Assembly: GCF_963921235.1 (NCBI RefSeq)
Contig: NC_086118.1
Span: 23,004,001-23,068,000, forward strand
Length of the DNA: 64,000 nt
Reading direction: 5' to 3'
Source of the DNA: Mobula hypostoma
Lineage: Eukaryota
Below the pieces are notes generated by a model. That model saw only the letters and a list, made by a program, of their open reading frames with translations. It was not told the DNA's origin and made no database searches. The first letter of the stretch is position 1. Every line of letters starts with the position of its first letter. The position numbers were made by a program, and so were the translations under genes. This document shows, in pieces, positions 12,346-24,962 of the stretch.

Positions 12346-13398
12346 TTTCAAATGACGGAAAATAGAATTAGCTTAGATGGGAATCTTGGTTGGCTGGACC
12401 ACTGGGCTGAAGGTCCTCTTGCTGAGCTGTCTGACTCTATAATTGGATGCAGCCAATTATTACACACTAATCACCAATTAACATTTCCTGTCAACAATAG
12501 AACCTTGACATGGGTCTTTTATTTCTTAATTGATTTGCACACACTTTATACACATTCGAATACTGGTGCATGTAACGATAAATTCAACTTCGCAAATTTG
12601 TAAGGGGAATTTTTCTTATTTGTTGCAGTTACTTTCATATATAATAATTTGTCTTCAATAAGCCATGTTGAAATCTTTAACAAAATAAATATGGAAATCT
12701 TTTGCGCGATCAATTAAGAATTCAGCGATTAGAGCAGATGCATCCAAACTCTTCTGAAATACGGACAAAGCGTTGCTAGAACAGCAATTTCCTTTCACTA
12801 TTTAACACAGAAATAATGTGCCTCATATTGAGATGAATTATATTTCTGGCATTTGTACCAGTTAGAAAGCTATTGGAGATGATTTTAGCATGTTAAAGGG
12901 TCATTAAAATTGCAGTGTTAAAATTCATACCAATAAAATAACATTCTCATGAAGAACCCATTTCAAAGCCGTGTATTCAGATGATTTAATTAATGAACTG
13001 ACTATAATGATGAAAAGTAGACTACTCTGATTTTCAAAAGAAATATTAGACAAAGGCATGTCTTTCAAACTCAGCAGTGCAAAAATATTATTTCTGTGGT
13101 TAACCATTCTGTAACCTTTTGAAGAATACCAATAGTGCATTTACTGAGTTGTGGATTGAAATATGCTGTAATTTACTTCAAGGTTAAAGGGCTATGGGTA
13201 AAGTGTAAAAGAATGTGACTAACTGGACAGCTCTTTCCAGTAGCTGGATCAAGACTGATATGTTCACTGAATTCCCTGCATGCGAGGTAATTTCCTTTAG
13301 TAAACATGAGCCACAATGAAGATATGAAATAAAGAGAAAATAATGTTCCAGTCACACTCTCACAAACTCACACACTCATACACTCACACACTCACACT

Positions 13399-16221
13399 CC
13401 ATAGAAACCATAGAAACCATAGAAACTACAGCACAGAAATAGGCCTTTTGGTCTTTCTTGGCTGTGCCGAACCATTTTCTGCCTAGTCCCACTGACCTGC
13501 ACACGGACCATATCCCTCCATAGACCTCCCATCCATGTATCTGTCCAATTTATTCTTAAATGTTAAAAAAGAACCCACATTTACCACCTCGTCTGGCAGC
13601 TCATTCCATACTCCCACCACTCTCTGTGTGAAGACGCCCACCCTAATGTTCCCTTTAAACTTTTCCCCCCTCACCCTTAACCCATGTCCTCTGTTTTTTT
13701 TCTCCCTTTGCCTCAGTGGAAAAAGCCTGCTTGCATTCACTCTATCTATACCCATCATAATTTTATATACCTCTATCAAATCTCCCTTCATTCTTCTACG
13801 CTCCAGGGAATAAAGTCCTAACCTATTCAACCTTTCTCTGTAACTGAGTTTCTCAAGTCCCGGCAACATCCTTGTAAACCTTCTCTGCACTCTTTCAACC
13901 TTATTAATATCCTTCCTGTAATTTGGTGACCAAAACTGAACACAATACTCCAGATTCGGACTCACCAATGCTTTATACAACCTCATCATAACATTCCAGC
14001 TCTTATACTCAATACTTTGATTAATAAAGGCCAAGGTACCAAAAGCTCTCTTTACAACCCTATCTACCTGTGATGCTACTTTCAGGGAATTTTGTATCTG
14101 TATTCCCAGATCCCTCTGTTCCACTGCACTCCTCAGTGCCTTACCATTAACCCTGTATGTTCTACCTTGGTTTGTCCTTCCAACGTGCAATACCTCACAC
14201 TTGTCTGTATTAAACTCCATCTGCCATTTTCCAGCCCATTTTTCCAGCTGGTCCAAGTCCCTGTGCAGGCTCTGAAAACCTTCCTCACTGTCTACTACAC
14301 CTCCAATCTTTGTATCATCAGCAAACTTGCTGATCCAATTTACCACATTATCATCCAGATCATTGATATAGATGACAAATAACAATGGACCCAGCACTGA
14401 TCCCTGTGGCACACCACTAGTCACAGGCCTCCACTTGGAGAAGCAATTCTCTACTACCACTCTTTGGCTTCTTCCATTGAGCCAATGTGTAATCCAATTT
14501 ACCACCTCTCCATGTATACATAGCGACTGAATTTTCCTAACTAACCTCCCATGCGGGACCTTGTCAAAGGCCTTACTGAAGTCCATGTAGACAATATCCA
14601 CTGCCTTCCCTTCATCCACTTTCCTGGTAACCTCCTTGAAAAACTCCAATAGATCGGTCAAACATGACCTACCACGCACAAAGCCATGTTGACTCTCCCT
14701 AATAAGCCCCTGTCTATCCAAATGCTTGTAGATTCTGTCTCTTAGTACTCCCTCCAATAACTTACTTACTACTGACGTTAAACTTACTGGCCTATAATCT
14801 CCCGGATTACTTTTCGATCCTTTTTTAAACAACAGAACAACATGAACCACTCTCCAATCCTCCGGCACCTCACCTGTAGACAGCAACATTTTAAATATTT
14901 CTGCCAGGGCCCCTGCAATTTCAACACTAGTCTCCTTCAAGGTCCGAGGGAACACCCTGTCAGGTCCCAGGGATTTATCCACTTTAATTTTCCTCAAGAC
15001 AGCAAGGACCTCCTCCTTTTTGATCTGTACATTTTCCATGATCTCACTACTTGTTTCCCTTAATTCCTTAGACTTCATGCCAGTTTCCTTAGTAAATACA
15101 GACGCAAAAAACCTATTTAAGATCTCCCCCATTTCCTTTGGTTCCTCACATAGCCGACCACTCTGATCTTCAAGAGGACCAATTTTATCCCTTACAATCC
15201 TTTTGCTCTTAATATACCTGTAAAAGCTCTTTGGATTATCCTTCACTTTGACTGCCAAGGCAACCTCATGTCCTCTTTTAGCCCTCCTGATTTCTTTCTT
15301 AAATATTTTCTTGCACTTCTTATACTCCTCAAGCACCTTATTTACTCCCTGCTTCCTATACATGTCATACAACTCCCTCTTCTTCTTTATCAGAGTTGCA
15401 ATATCCCTTGAGAACCAAGGTTCCTTATTCCTATTCACTTTGCCTTTAATCCTAACAGGAACATACAAATTCTGCATTCTCAAAATTTCTCCTTTGAAGG
15501 CTTCCCACCTACCAATCATATCCTTGCCAGAGAACAACCTGTCCCAATCCACGCTTTTTAGATCCTTTCTCATTTCTTCAAATTTGGCCTTCTTCCAGTG
15601 AAGAACCTCAACCCTAGGACCAGATCTATCCTTGTCCATGATCAAGTTGAAACTAATGGTGTTATGATCACTGGAACTAAAGTGCTCCCCTACACAGACT
15701 TCCGTCACTTGTCCTAACTCGTTTCCTAACAGGAGATCCAATATTGCATCCCCTCTAGTTGGTCCCTCTATATATTGATTTAGAAAACTTTCCTGAACAC
15801 ATTTTACAAACTCTAAACCATCTAGACCCCTAACAGTATGGGAGTCCCAATCAATATATGGAAAATTAAAATCCCCTACCACCACAACTTTATGTTTCCT
15901 GCAGTCGCCTGCTATCTCTCTGCAAATTTGCTCTTCCAATTCTCGTTGAGTATTGGGTGGTCTGTAATACAATCCCACTAATGTGGCCATACCTTTGCTG
16001 TTTCTCAGCTCCACCCATAAGGACTCAGTAGATAAGCCCCCTCTAATCTGTCCTGCCTGAGCACTGCTGTAATATTTTCCCTAACAAGCAATGCTACTCC
16101 CCCACCTTTCATTCCTCTGCCTCGATCACATCTGAAACATCGGAACCCTGGAATATTAAGCTGCCAGTCCTGACCCTCCTGCAGCCAAGTTTCACGAGTT
16201 GCTATAACGTCATAATTCCAC
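13399..16221 (-). mobile_element. Young CR1 LINE, 5'-truncated within the endonuclease domain
   Basis: 3' end is a (TTTCTATGG)n tail at ~13399-13425; ORF2 continuous apart from one frameshift near 16030; inserted in a cacact-type simple repeat. Confidence 0.96.
13483..16014 (-). CDS. CR1 ORF2 fragment (APE endonuclease C-terminal part plus reverse transcriptase), 843 aa, lacking its N-terminus
   Basis: YRPP, VGDFN, LDLLL, SDHN (APE); YRPVSLTS, QHGF, YMDFSKAFDKVPH, GVPQGSVLGP, FADD (RT); upstream frame 16005-16235 has ETWL and GGGVALLV. Confidence 0.95.
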   Translation of the reverse strand: MELRNSKGMATLVGLYYRPPNTQRELEEQICREIAGDCRKHKVVVVGDFNFPYIDWDSHTVRGLDGLEFVKCVQESFLNQYIEGPTRGDAILDLLLGNELGQVTEVCVGEHFSSSDHNTISFNLIMDKDRSGPRVEVLHWKKAKFEEMRKDLKSVDWDRLFSGKDMIGRWEAFKGEILRMQNLYVPVRIKGKVNRNKEPWFSRDIATLIKKKRELYDMYRKQGVNKVLEEYKKCKKIFKKEIRRAKRGHEVALAVKVKDNPKSFYRYIKSKRIVRDKIGPLEDQSGRLCEEPKEMGEILNRFFASVFTKETGMKSKELRETSSEIMENVQIKKEEVLAVLRKIKVDKSLGPDRVFPRTLKETSVEIAGALAEIFKMLLSTGEVPEDWRVVHVVLLFKKGSKSNPGDYRPVSLTSVVSKLLEGVLRDRIYKHLDRQGLIRESQHGFVRGRSCLTDLLEFFKEVTRKVDEGKAVDIVYMDFSKAFDKVPHGRLVRKIQSLCIHGEVVNWITHWLNGRSQRVVVENCFSKWRPVTSGVPQGSVLGPLLFVIYINDLDDNVVNWISKFADDTKIGGVVDSEEGFQSLHRDLDQLEKWAGKWQMEFNTDKCEVLHVGRTNQGRTYRVNGKALRSAVEQRDLGIQIQNSLKVASQVDRVVKRAFGTLAFINQSIEYKSWNVMMRLYKALVSPNLEYCVQFWSPNYRKDINKVERVQRRFTRMLPGLEKLSYRERLNRLGLYSLERRRMKGDLIEVYKIMMGIDRVNASRLFPLRQREKKNRGHGLRVRGEKFKGNIRVGVFTQRVVGVWNELPDEVVNVGSFLTFKNKLDRYMDGRSMEGYGPCAGQWD

Positions 16222-16573
16222 TCACTTTCACACACTCACAGAAGAAATTACAGCTTAAAGAAATAAAGGTGTTTGGCACTGCGTAATAACACATTGGAAG
16301 AAAACTTCTTGTAACATCAAAAATTTCTAATCTAATCGCTTCAAACTCCTATCCAATGTCAAGAGGAATATTCACTGCTTGTTACAATTTGGTGTTTCAT
16401 CTTATGATTCTGGAAAAATATTCTCATCCATCCAAGAAGAATAAACAGAGTATCTTCAAGTGCTGCTATGCATCATGTTGTATAACTCTTGAAGTATGCT
16501 CGAACTAAGACAATGAGTTGGTTCAGTGCTGAATAAAAGGTGTTTTGCTCTACATCTGTGTATTTGTTTCCAG

Positions 16574-16611
16574 AAGCACGTGAGAAATCAGACACCTTAG
16601 GAATGTTGCAA
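16574..16611 (+). CDS. Candidate 38-nt host coding exon (phase 1 to phase 0, xAREKSDTLGMLQ), gene unknown
   Basis: Acceptor tgtgtatttgtttccAG, donor CAA|GTGAGT; only one frame is open; TGCATG at 16665-16670. Confidence 0.45.
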
Positions 16612-16872
16612 GTGAGTATTATGTGAGTCAGACAAGGGAAGAAAGAAAATCAAGCCTATTTCTTTGCATGGGCTCTCCGTTATATGTTTTTGTTTTATCA
16701 AGGCAATGCAGAAAATCTTTCATTATCACATCACTTAATAGGTGCAGTGGTGTATTCCTTATACAACTGGATTGGCATTAAGTCCTTAAACATAGGAGCA
16801 GAATTAGGCCATTCAGCCCATCAAGTCTGTTCTGTTATTTGATCATTGCTGATTTATTTTCCCTGCCTTTTC

Positions 16873-17686
16873 AAAGGTAGCAAAAATCCATTTAATGTCA
16901 GAGAAATGTATACAATGTACATCCTGAAATTCTTTTACTTAGCAACCATCCATGAAAACCGAGGAGTGCCCCAAAGAATGAATGACAGTTAAATGATAGA
17001 ACCCCAAAGCCCCCCCCCACAGCTCCCCCCTCCCGTGCACAATCAGCAGCAAAGCAACAATCCCCCCCTCCCCTACCAGCAAAAAAAAGTACCGGCACCC
17101 CGTACCGAGTACTCAGGCATACAGCAAAGCATCAATAAAGACACAAACTTGCAGTACCCCAAAGGCTACTCGTTCACCTGGTAACTTGACATGTCACAGG
17201 CTTTCTCTCTCACTAATACGGTAAGGGAAAAGGAGAAGTCCCTGTTTCACAGAGAGAGGGGAGACGTAACAAACAACTTGCTGATTTATGATGTTAAAAG
17301 TCCATTGTGTCGCTTTTTCCAAGCTCTGTGCCCAAAGAACTTGGGTCTCTGGGCATACAGCCAGAGATCTTCCATCTCCCACGACACACTGATTTCCTGC
17401 CGAGGCACCGACCCCGAGACCATCTGCCTCCAGAGCCACGAAATCCAAAAACTCTGAAGGCGAGCTAATCTTCTAGGCTGCATCCTTGGTACATTGAACA
17501 ATGGCCAGTGGTGAGACCCCGAGAGCAGGTCCCATTCCTGCAACGAAATGAAGTCAGTGTGTAACTCCAGGTCAGGCTCTTCAAGAGAACCCTGAAAGGG
17601 AAATATAGAGATATTAAAGATGGAAACAGAGCTGTTTCTGAAGATGCAAACAAAGGAGTCGCCGTTTGGCGCCATTGTCTCCTAAG
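16873..17686 (-). mobile_element. Non-coding ~810-bp retroposon with a Rex1-like 3' tail
   Basis: Interrupts CR1 at gcctt; 5' end ...acaatggcgcc; 3' end aagaatttcaggatgtacattgtatacatttctctgacattaaat resembles the Rex1 tails here; related copy at 49970-51050. Confidence 0.6.
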
Positions 17687-18439
17687 CGCCTTCTACCTGT
17701 AACTTCTGACACCTTTATCAATTAAGAATCTATCAAAATCTGCTTTAAATATCCAAATGACTTGGCCTCCACGGATGTCTATGGCAATGAATTCCACAGA
17801 TTGACCATTCCCTGACTAAAGAAATTCCTCCTCATCTTCACTGTGATGAGTCTGTGCTCTCCAGTCCTGGATTCTTCCATTCTCTCCACATCCACTTAGT
17901 CTAGGCCTTTCAATACTTGGAAGGTTTTATTGAGATACAACCTCATTCTTCTAATCTCCAGCATGTACAGGTCCAGAGCCATCGAACACTAATCATACAT
18001 TAACCTTTCCATTCTGGGGAATATTCTCATACACCGCCTCTGAATCTTCACCAATGCCAACACATTCTTTCTTAGATAAGGGCCCAAAACTACTCACAAT
18101 ACTCAATTGTGCTCTGGCTGATGCCTTATTAAGACTTGGCGTTACATGCTTGGTTTTATACTCTAGTCCTCCGGAAATGGATGCTGACATTGTATTTTCT
18201 GTCCTTACTACCAATTCAAGTTTATCCTTCGGGAATTTGGCACCAGGACTCTCAAGTCCCTTTGCATCTCCGCTTTCTGAATTCGCTCTCCCATTTAGAG
18301 GACAGTCTATGTCGTTATATCTTTTACCAAAGTGCATGACTATAGATTTCTCTACACGATATTCTACTTCTTTGCCCATTCTCCTCACCTGCCCAAGTCC
18401 TTCTTCAGACACCTGACTTTCTCTACAAGTCACTGCTGT

Positions 18440-18735
18440 TTGTGCTGTTTGTAAGCAGTTCGTGCTGTATGTGGGCAGTTTGTACATTCTCCTTATGATA
18501 GTGTGTGTCTTTTGGGTGCTCTGGTCTCCTCTCACATTCCAAGGACATATGGGTTAGGGTTAGTAAATTAAGGGTCTGCATTGTTGGTCCCAGCAGCATG
18601 GTTACACCTGAGAACTACCTCCAATGCAACTAAAACCCCCAGGCCATGTTGGTGATTGATGTAAAACTACGAGTTTCACAGTAAATTTCAATATTTTGAT
18701 GTACATGTGACAAATAAAGATTATCTTTGATCTTT
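18440..18735 (+). mobile_element. V-SINE-like SINE
   Basis: gggtgctctggtctcctctcacattccaaggac resembles the V-domain. Confidence 0.6.
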
Positions 18736-19975
18736 TCTTTAATCCTTAACGATACCTGCCCCTCCACCTACCTTTGTATCATCCACAAATTTAGCCACAA
18801 TGCCATCAATTCCGTCATTCAGATCATTTACATATAATATAAAAGTATTGGACCCAACATTGACCTCTGTAGAACACCAGTAGTCACCAGCAGCCGAGCA
18901 GCAAAGGCTCCCTATATTCTTTGCCATCTACCAGTCAGCCTTTCTTTTGTCTATGCTAGTATCTTTCCTGCAAAAGCATTGGCTCTTATCTTGTTTAGAG
19001 CCTTATGTGTGGCATCTTGTCAACATTCTGGCAGTCTGGGGTAATGACGTAGGGAAGTAGAGGTCAACTCCCACCAAACCACTTGATAAATTTGAATTTG
19101 ATTTAAAACAAAAAAGGACATGATACCTGAAAAATAATCATAAAAATACAAGGTATCTAGCTTGCATATCAGCACTCTTCCATACAATAGCAGCCTAGCC
19201 TGCCATTTAGCTGTTATGTATGGATGTTCAAAATAATGACTACCATCAGAGCATGTAAGAACAGTCAATAACAACAGACCCTGTCAGAAATGGAGGCACG
19301 ACTCTTTTCCTCCCCAATCCACCCCAAGAAAAATTGGCCTTGATTTCATCACAAATTCTCGGAAAGAACGTAGAATATTATTCAGTCCTTATACTTCCAC
19401 AGATATTATTCCATTGAGCTCAGACTTTGCCTTTCAATGTCCTGCTTACAACTCTTCTGAGATGACACATCTTTCTTTCTCTAAGAATTACGCAAATTTT
19501 TCATTTATCTCTCCTGTTTTTAATAAAAAATCTAATATGACTAACAAGCAGAATGGTCACTTTTTAAATTATTTACATTTTACACAATGGGAAGCCCTTC
19601 CTTAGCTGAGTTTAGACAGGTAATGAGCTATTTAGAAATGGACTATGTTAATATCGGTTGCACAATTCCAAAGTGATGAATAATTTTGTAGGTTCAATCA
19701 AGAAAATCAAGAAAATCAAGAAAAAGAACTGCCAAAAAAATCTACTTTGCTATTTAGTACTGGATCAGTACCAAGCCTATTATGATAATCAGGGTCAAAT
19801 GTTCACATTTTTGGATATTTTTTAGCTTTTCGTTAGAACCTAACATTATTATTCTGTCCATTCAAATTTCTGGATGGATTAAACTGTTTTGTTTGTTCAG
19901 GGGAAAGCTGAATTCAAACTAACTGGAATCTTGGAACTATGTCAAATGTTTACGTCAATTGTTAATTCTTGACAG

Positions 19976-20004
19976 CAGTATAGCTCTTTTGGATTCTAAT
20001 TCAG
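19976..20004 (+). CDS. Candidate 29-nt cassette exon (reads QYSSFGF* if phase 0)
   Basis: Tandem CAGCAG acceptor after gttaattcttga; donor CAG|GTATGT. Confidence 0.3.
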
Positions 20005-23000
20005 GTATGTAAGCCTGGGTTATCACACTGTGAGTGTTCATGACATTACATTAAAATAGTCTCAGAAATAAAGAGCACAGAATTAATACTTTACATCATT
20101 GTACAAATCATATTTATGATAAGTTCAAGAACAGTTTTAATCTCTGATTTTAATGTTAGGAACTAGATAAACATCATTCTGATTTACAGGGTAGACAAGT
20201 TTTTAATGTTTTTGAGGGCATTTAATTAAAAATAATAATTAATTTAATTCTTAATCTAACCATTGGAATGCTCACTTTTGGATTATTGAGATAAGATTAA
20301 AAATTTATGATATTATAATAAGTGCTGTTTTATTTTGCTTGTTTATTTTGTTTGTAAAATAAAATGCTTCTTTTAAAATATTGCATTGCTTTATTCAAAA
20401 ATTTTAAGGATTAAACACCAAAGGTAAATTTGCATCCCAACCAGATCCCTTAATGGTCACAAAGAGTTTTGGGATCATCCACAACCATGAAGGCTTTTAT
20501 TGATTAACTTTTCAAAGCTAAAAACCCTATGACAACAGACTTTGAAAAGACTACCTGCTGTCTGCAAGTCCTCTTTCAAATCATAAGCAATTCTCATTTG
20601 GAAATCTGTCACTGTACCTTCATTGCTGGGTTAAAATTCTGTAACCTGAGTGTACTATTATTAAGGAAACTTCAGTGGTTCAAGAAGATAATTCAAACAG
20701 CCCATTTCACAAACAACCAGAGTGAGCATTAAATGCTGGCCGTGCCAGTGATGTCCAGGCCCCACATATGAAACAAGAACTTAGTTTGTAGGGCAGTTAA
20801 AATCATAGCTATCTAAATAATACAATTATATTGATAACATGAATGACACGAAAAGGCAACATAAAGCAGTGAAAGTAACTTCAGTAAACTCAGATGTGCA
20901 GACAACTCAGTGTAAATGATAGAAAAGCTAATAAACAATTTAAATACCATTAACTGACGTGGTTGTATTATTCACTTCAGTACCAAAATCTTTTGATGGT
21001 TGGCTGCTTGCGAGATATATACATATATCAAAATTTCCCACTTTAATTACATTGCTAACTTAATTCTTTGCAAGCACTTGTTAGTTTAAACTCAGCTTAA
21101 AATTAATCACAGACCTGCCTGTTCTTGGTGCAAGCAATCTGGACATTCCATCCACTTTCAGTTGATGCTCACTGTATCCAGTCACCACAAATTAAGAATG
21201 TATTATTGTGACAGCTACGGATTTTCTGATGAGACACTACAAGCAGTAGAACTGTAAAAAAAAAGCAGACCCTAAGGGCTACAATATTAATGCCATTTCA
21301 CAATGATTGCATGATGAGAAGATGATTCTTTCAGTGTTATTCTTTCATGAAATCATACATTCTAATGCAAGTAACTGCAATACACAAATAGCTCTTGTTC
21401 AATCTTACATCCCAAAACAATCTTACTGGTTTTAGACTGCAGTATGGGTAGCATAAGGTGACATGTACATACTTCTGTAGTAACTTACTTTCAACATCGA
21501 ACTTTGACTTTAGCCTATTCTTCTACTTCTAACCTGTTTATATAGTGATTATGAGTAATTATTTTTAGCTGTGCCTGCTTTATTTCTCAAATTCCTTCTC
21601 ATTTTGCCTTAACATCTCTGCTCCTGTGAGCATTTCTAGCTAAAGGTTTATAAAGGTCAATTGTTTGACTTCAATGCAGAGTTGGAGAGATCGAACGTGC
21701 TTGGCGAAGATGGGGGTGGGGGGTGCTGGTGGTGAGATAGTAAGGTACATGTTAATCTCCAGTTGAAGCGCTAAGGAGGACAGGAGGAAATAACTCTTCC
21801 CAGTTTATTCAATTGCACCTCTTGTTGGATGTTTGAAGAGGAATTGCAGAACTTGCTGTTTTGTAACTTTACATTTTCTACAATTACCATATTATAACTA
21901 AAATATTATATCTAAAATATCATTCTTTTCCAAATTAATTGGCAAAAAAGACTAATATCAAATGTTACGAAGGATACACAAAGAAAATCACTTTGCAAAT
22001 CCAAGATAAAATAATGTAGCAAAGATCTGCTGACATACTAAAATAAAATAAATAAATGTTTATGTGAGAAATAACTCACATTGAATGAATGGATATGTTT
22101 TTGAGAGATGTCCATGGTGAAGACGTGCAACCGTTGGGGTCCAAAGATCTCAATAAATTTAGATGGTTTTATATTCGGTAGAAGATTACTTGGCATTCAT
22201 TTGGGGTCAACTATTATTCTGCAAGTTTGCATCCTGGTTGAACGGCTTCATACACAATTCGAGAAAATTGCACACTTTGGTTAATCATTAAGCATTATGT
22301 GTGAAATTACACTTGCATTCATGGCATATGAAATGAGTCCTGTGGACAATGAAATTATCTTTGTCATCAGTAAGATGAAACCGTTTCACAATTTATTTAA
22401 CAATCTAAACAGAATGCACACATTTTGCATCTAAATATAGTAAGTACATGCAAATATTGTACAATGAATAAACATTGCATGAACATTAAATATTTCACTC
22501 TTTTTACATAAATTAGAAATACCTACTTTTTATAAATCTCTTTGCTCATTTTCTTTGTGCCTTTTCAAAATATAACTCCAAATTAATTTTAAAACTAATA
22601 TTCAGGACATAAAATACCAATTGAATATACTGTATATATATTTTAACAGTGAACGTCAATGTTGAATTAAGTCTTACAAATCCCACAACCCTGAGAATCA
22701 ACTGGTTTTTAAATAACATCTTAGACAATCAACTCAGTTCTTGTAATGTCGCTGTTTTAATGTTTAAAAGTTTTAATGCTTCACTACACAGTACACAATA
22801 CTGAAATATATTTCAGCTTTTGCTTTTAAAACTGGCAGACTGTGATCTCTGATCTCCTATTAATATTCCAAATACGCCTGGATTAAGACACACAAAAGTG
22901 TGCTTTGAATTCATTCATTTCTGAATAAGAAAATGTATCATAATATTATCTGTGAACAGTAGTTGTTGCATTAAGGCTGTCAAGTTTTCATGGATTCATG

Positions 23001-23106
23001 GATATATCATGTGACCATATATTCTCTGGGCTGTAAAAATTTTTACTGGGAGGATAAAGAGAACCTTTTTATTTTGATCACCTCATGTCTTTTGTGTATT
23101 TTTCAG

Positions 23107-23202
23107 CACGCTCAGAAAATGAGCCATTCTGTGTGTCAGGAATCCACAGAGACTGTACAATATATTCCACTAGACGCAGTTCCTGTCGGTTCTTTCGTGT
23201 GA
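23107..23202 (+). CDS. Candidate terminal coding exon A (HAQKMSHSVCQESTETVQYIPLDAVPVGSFV*)
   Basis: Strong acceptor tcttttgtgtatttttcAG; phase 0 is compatible with 16574-16611; unique, CpG-retaining sequence. Confidence 0.4.
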   Translation, partial: HAQKMSHSVCQESTETVQYIPLDAVPVGSFV

Positions 23203-23253
23203 ACATCTGTTTTAGTAAGAATGGGTTCAGGTTCTTGCTAGTTCCATTCACAG

Positions 23254-23388
23254 GTGCTTCCACTCCACAGTCACGTGAAATTGGCAGCGCCTTCCCTGGG
23301 GTCAAGTCCTTACGTGATGCCCGGATTCAGTAACGTACCACTCCCTTCTGGAGATCGTTTCACTCCACCAGTGTTTGTGACTCTGTAA
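23254..23388 (+). CDS. Candidate terminal coding exon B (VLPLHSHVKLAAPSLGSSPYVMPGFSNVPLPSGDRFTPPVFVTL*)
   Basis: Acceptor gttccattcacAG; same frame as exon A; protein-like P/S-rich composition; followed by repeat-free UTR-like sequence. Confidence 0.45.
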   Translation: MLPLHSHVKLAAPSLGSSPYVMPGFSNVPLPSGDRFTPPVFVTL

Positions 23389-24261
23389 TTCCAGTACAGT
23401 GCCAAGCTTTTTTGCAGTCAAGTTGTATTCCAGAGCATTTAGCACAAGCTGTTTTGGAGGGTTTTTTTTTTGCAAAGCAGATGTTCCCAAGAGTGGCATT
23501 TGTGCCAGAGTGCAGATTGCATTCTGGTAACATCTTGCCAGCTGCAGCTCTACGTCTACTGAACTCATTCTGGTAACACAGTAAAGCTATCGCCCGTATG
23601 AATTAGCACTGGCAGGCTGACAATTGTGACAGACTGACGATGTATTTCCATCCTGCTCAGTGAATGTTAATTCTAATAGATCCTACTTTAAGTGCCCTGG
23701 TTAATCACAACAATCCTATTTAAGACACTTGTTCAAAAAGAAGATAGTCAATCTGATTTTGATTAAAGTTGGAAGCCTATTTGATGGATTTGTTTTATTC
23801 ATTAGCATTGTCTGTTCCTAATGGATCTATATTGCAATTAGCAATATTAATTTTATTTTAGTTAACTTTCTTACTCTTTTTAGAAGATATATTTAATTTT
23901 ACTGTGCTTTTTTTTTACCCACTCATCAATGCTAATTTAACCATTTGGAAAAGCCTTCAGTAGATCTTGATTGCAGAATTTTATAAGCATATTTTGCCAA
24001 AGTGTCACCGAGCCAAATGGAGTGGCCGGCTGCCTACATATACTGCTCAGTCTGTTTTGCAATTCCGCAGAAGTTTGGCAAAACTTTGAAGTTGGGAATG
24101 ATCTTGAGATCAGGTGCTGTTACACCTCTAATTATTTTAATGGGGGCACTACTGCTTTTGAAATAGGCATGTCCAGGCAAATTATTTTAAAATTTTTAAG
24201 TATTATTTGAACCACTTTTGAATATATTCAAATTTATAGCAAAGAACCAATTATGTTTCAT

Positions 24262-24962
24262 AACATAGAACAGTATAGCACAGTACAAGCCCCTCAGCCC
24301 AAGATGTTGTGTCAATCTACGGTATATAAACCTACTCCACGATCAATCTATCCCTCCCCTCTTACATAGCCTATTGTCTTACATCCCTGCCTATCTAAGA
24401 GTCTTTAAAATGTCCTTTTGTATCTGCTTCTACTATCACCCCTGGTGGTGCATTCCTGACATCTACTGCTCTGAGTGAAAAAACATACATATTTTTTACT
24501 TTATTTCAAGGTACAGCCTGGTAATAGATCCCTCCAGTCCAATGAGCCTGTGCTGCCATTTACACACATGTGGTCAACTAACCCACTGGCACGTACATCT
24601 TTGAAATGTGGGAGGAAACTGAAATATGCAGAGGAAACCCACGCAGTCATGGGAAGAATGGACAAATTCCTTACAGTCAGTGGCAAGAAATGAACCCGGG
24701 TCACTGGCACTGTGATAGCATTGCACCAACTGCTACGCTACCCTGCTGACCATAACTTCTACACCTCCAACATATCTGCTAAACTTTCCTCCACTCATCT
24801 TAAATATTTGCCCTTCAGTATTAGACATTGCCAGCTGGGAAGAAAGTTGGTGGCTGTCCAATGTCTCCAAACCTCTCAAAATCTTATACATCTCTATTCA
24901 GTCACTTCTCATCCTCCTTCTCTACAAAGGTAAAAACCCTAGCTCATGCAGCTTCTCCTCAT
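24262..24962 (-). mobile_element. Decayed CR1 3' fragment with a nested V-SINE (~24497-24745)
   Basis: acatagaacagtatagcacagtac tail; nested tgtgggaggaaactgaaatatgcagaggaaacccacgcagtca is a reverse-complemented V-domain. Confidence 0.7.

Larger units (their letters stand above)
16790..19025 (-). mobile_element. Older CR1 LINE split by nested insertions
   Basis: CR1 tail (ataggagcagaattaggcc) at 16790; ORF2 remnants GLEYKTKHV and VAKFVDDTKVGG; interrupted at 16873-17686 and 18440-18735. Confidence 0.8.

Noticed and set aside
13535..15601. Several + strand ORFs opposite the CR1 ORF2 (also 57660-58775 and 31507-32235 on the minus strand)
   Set aside because: Antisense shadows of LINE coding sequence with no independent motifs.
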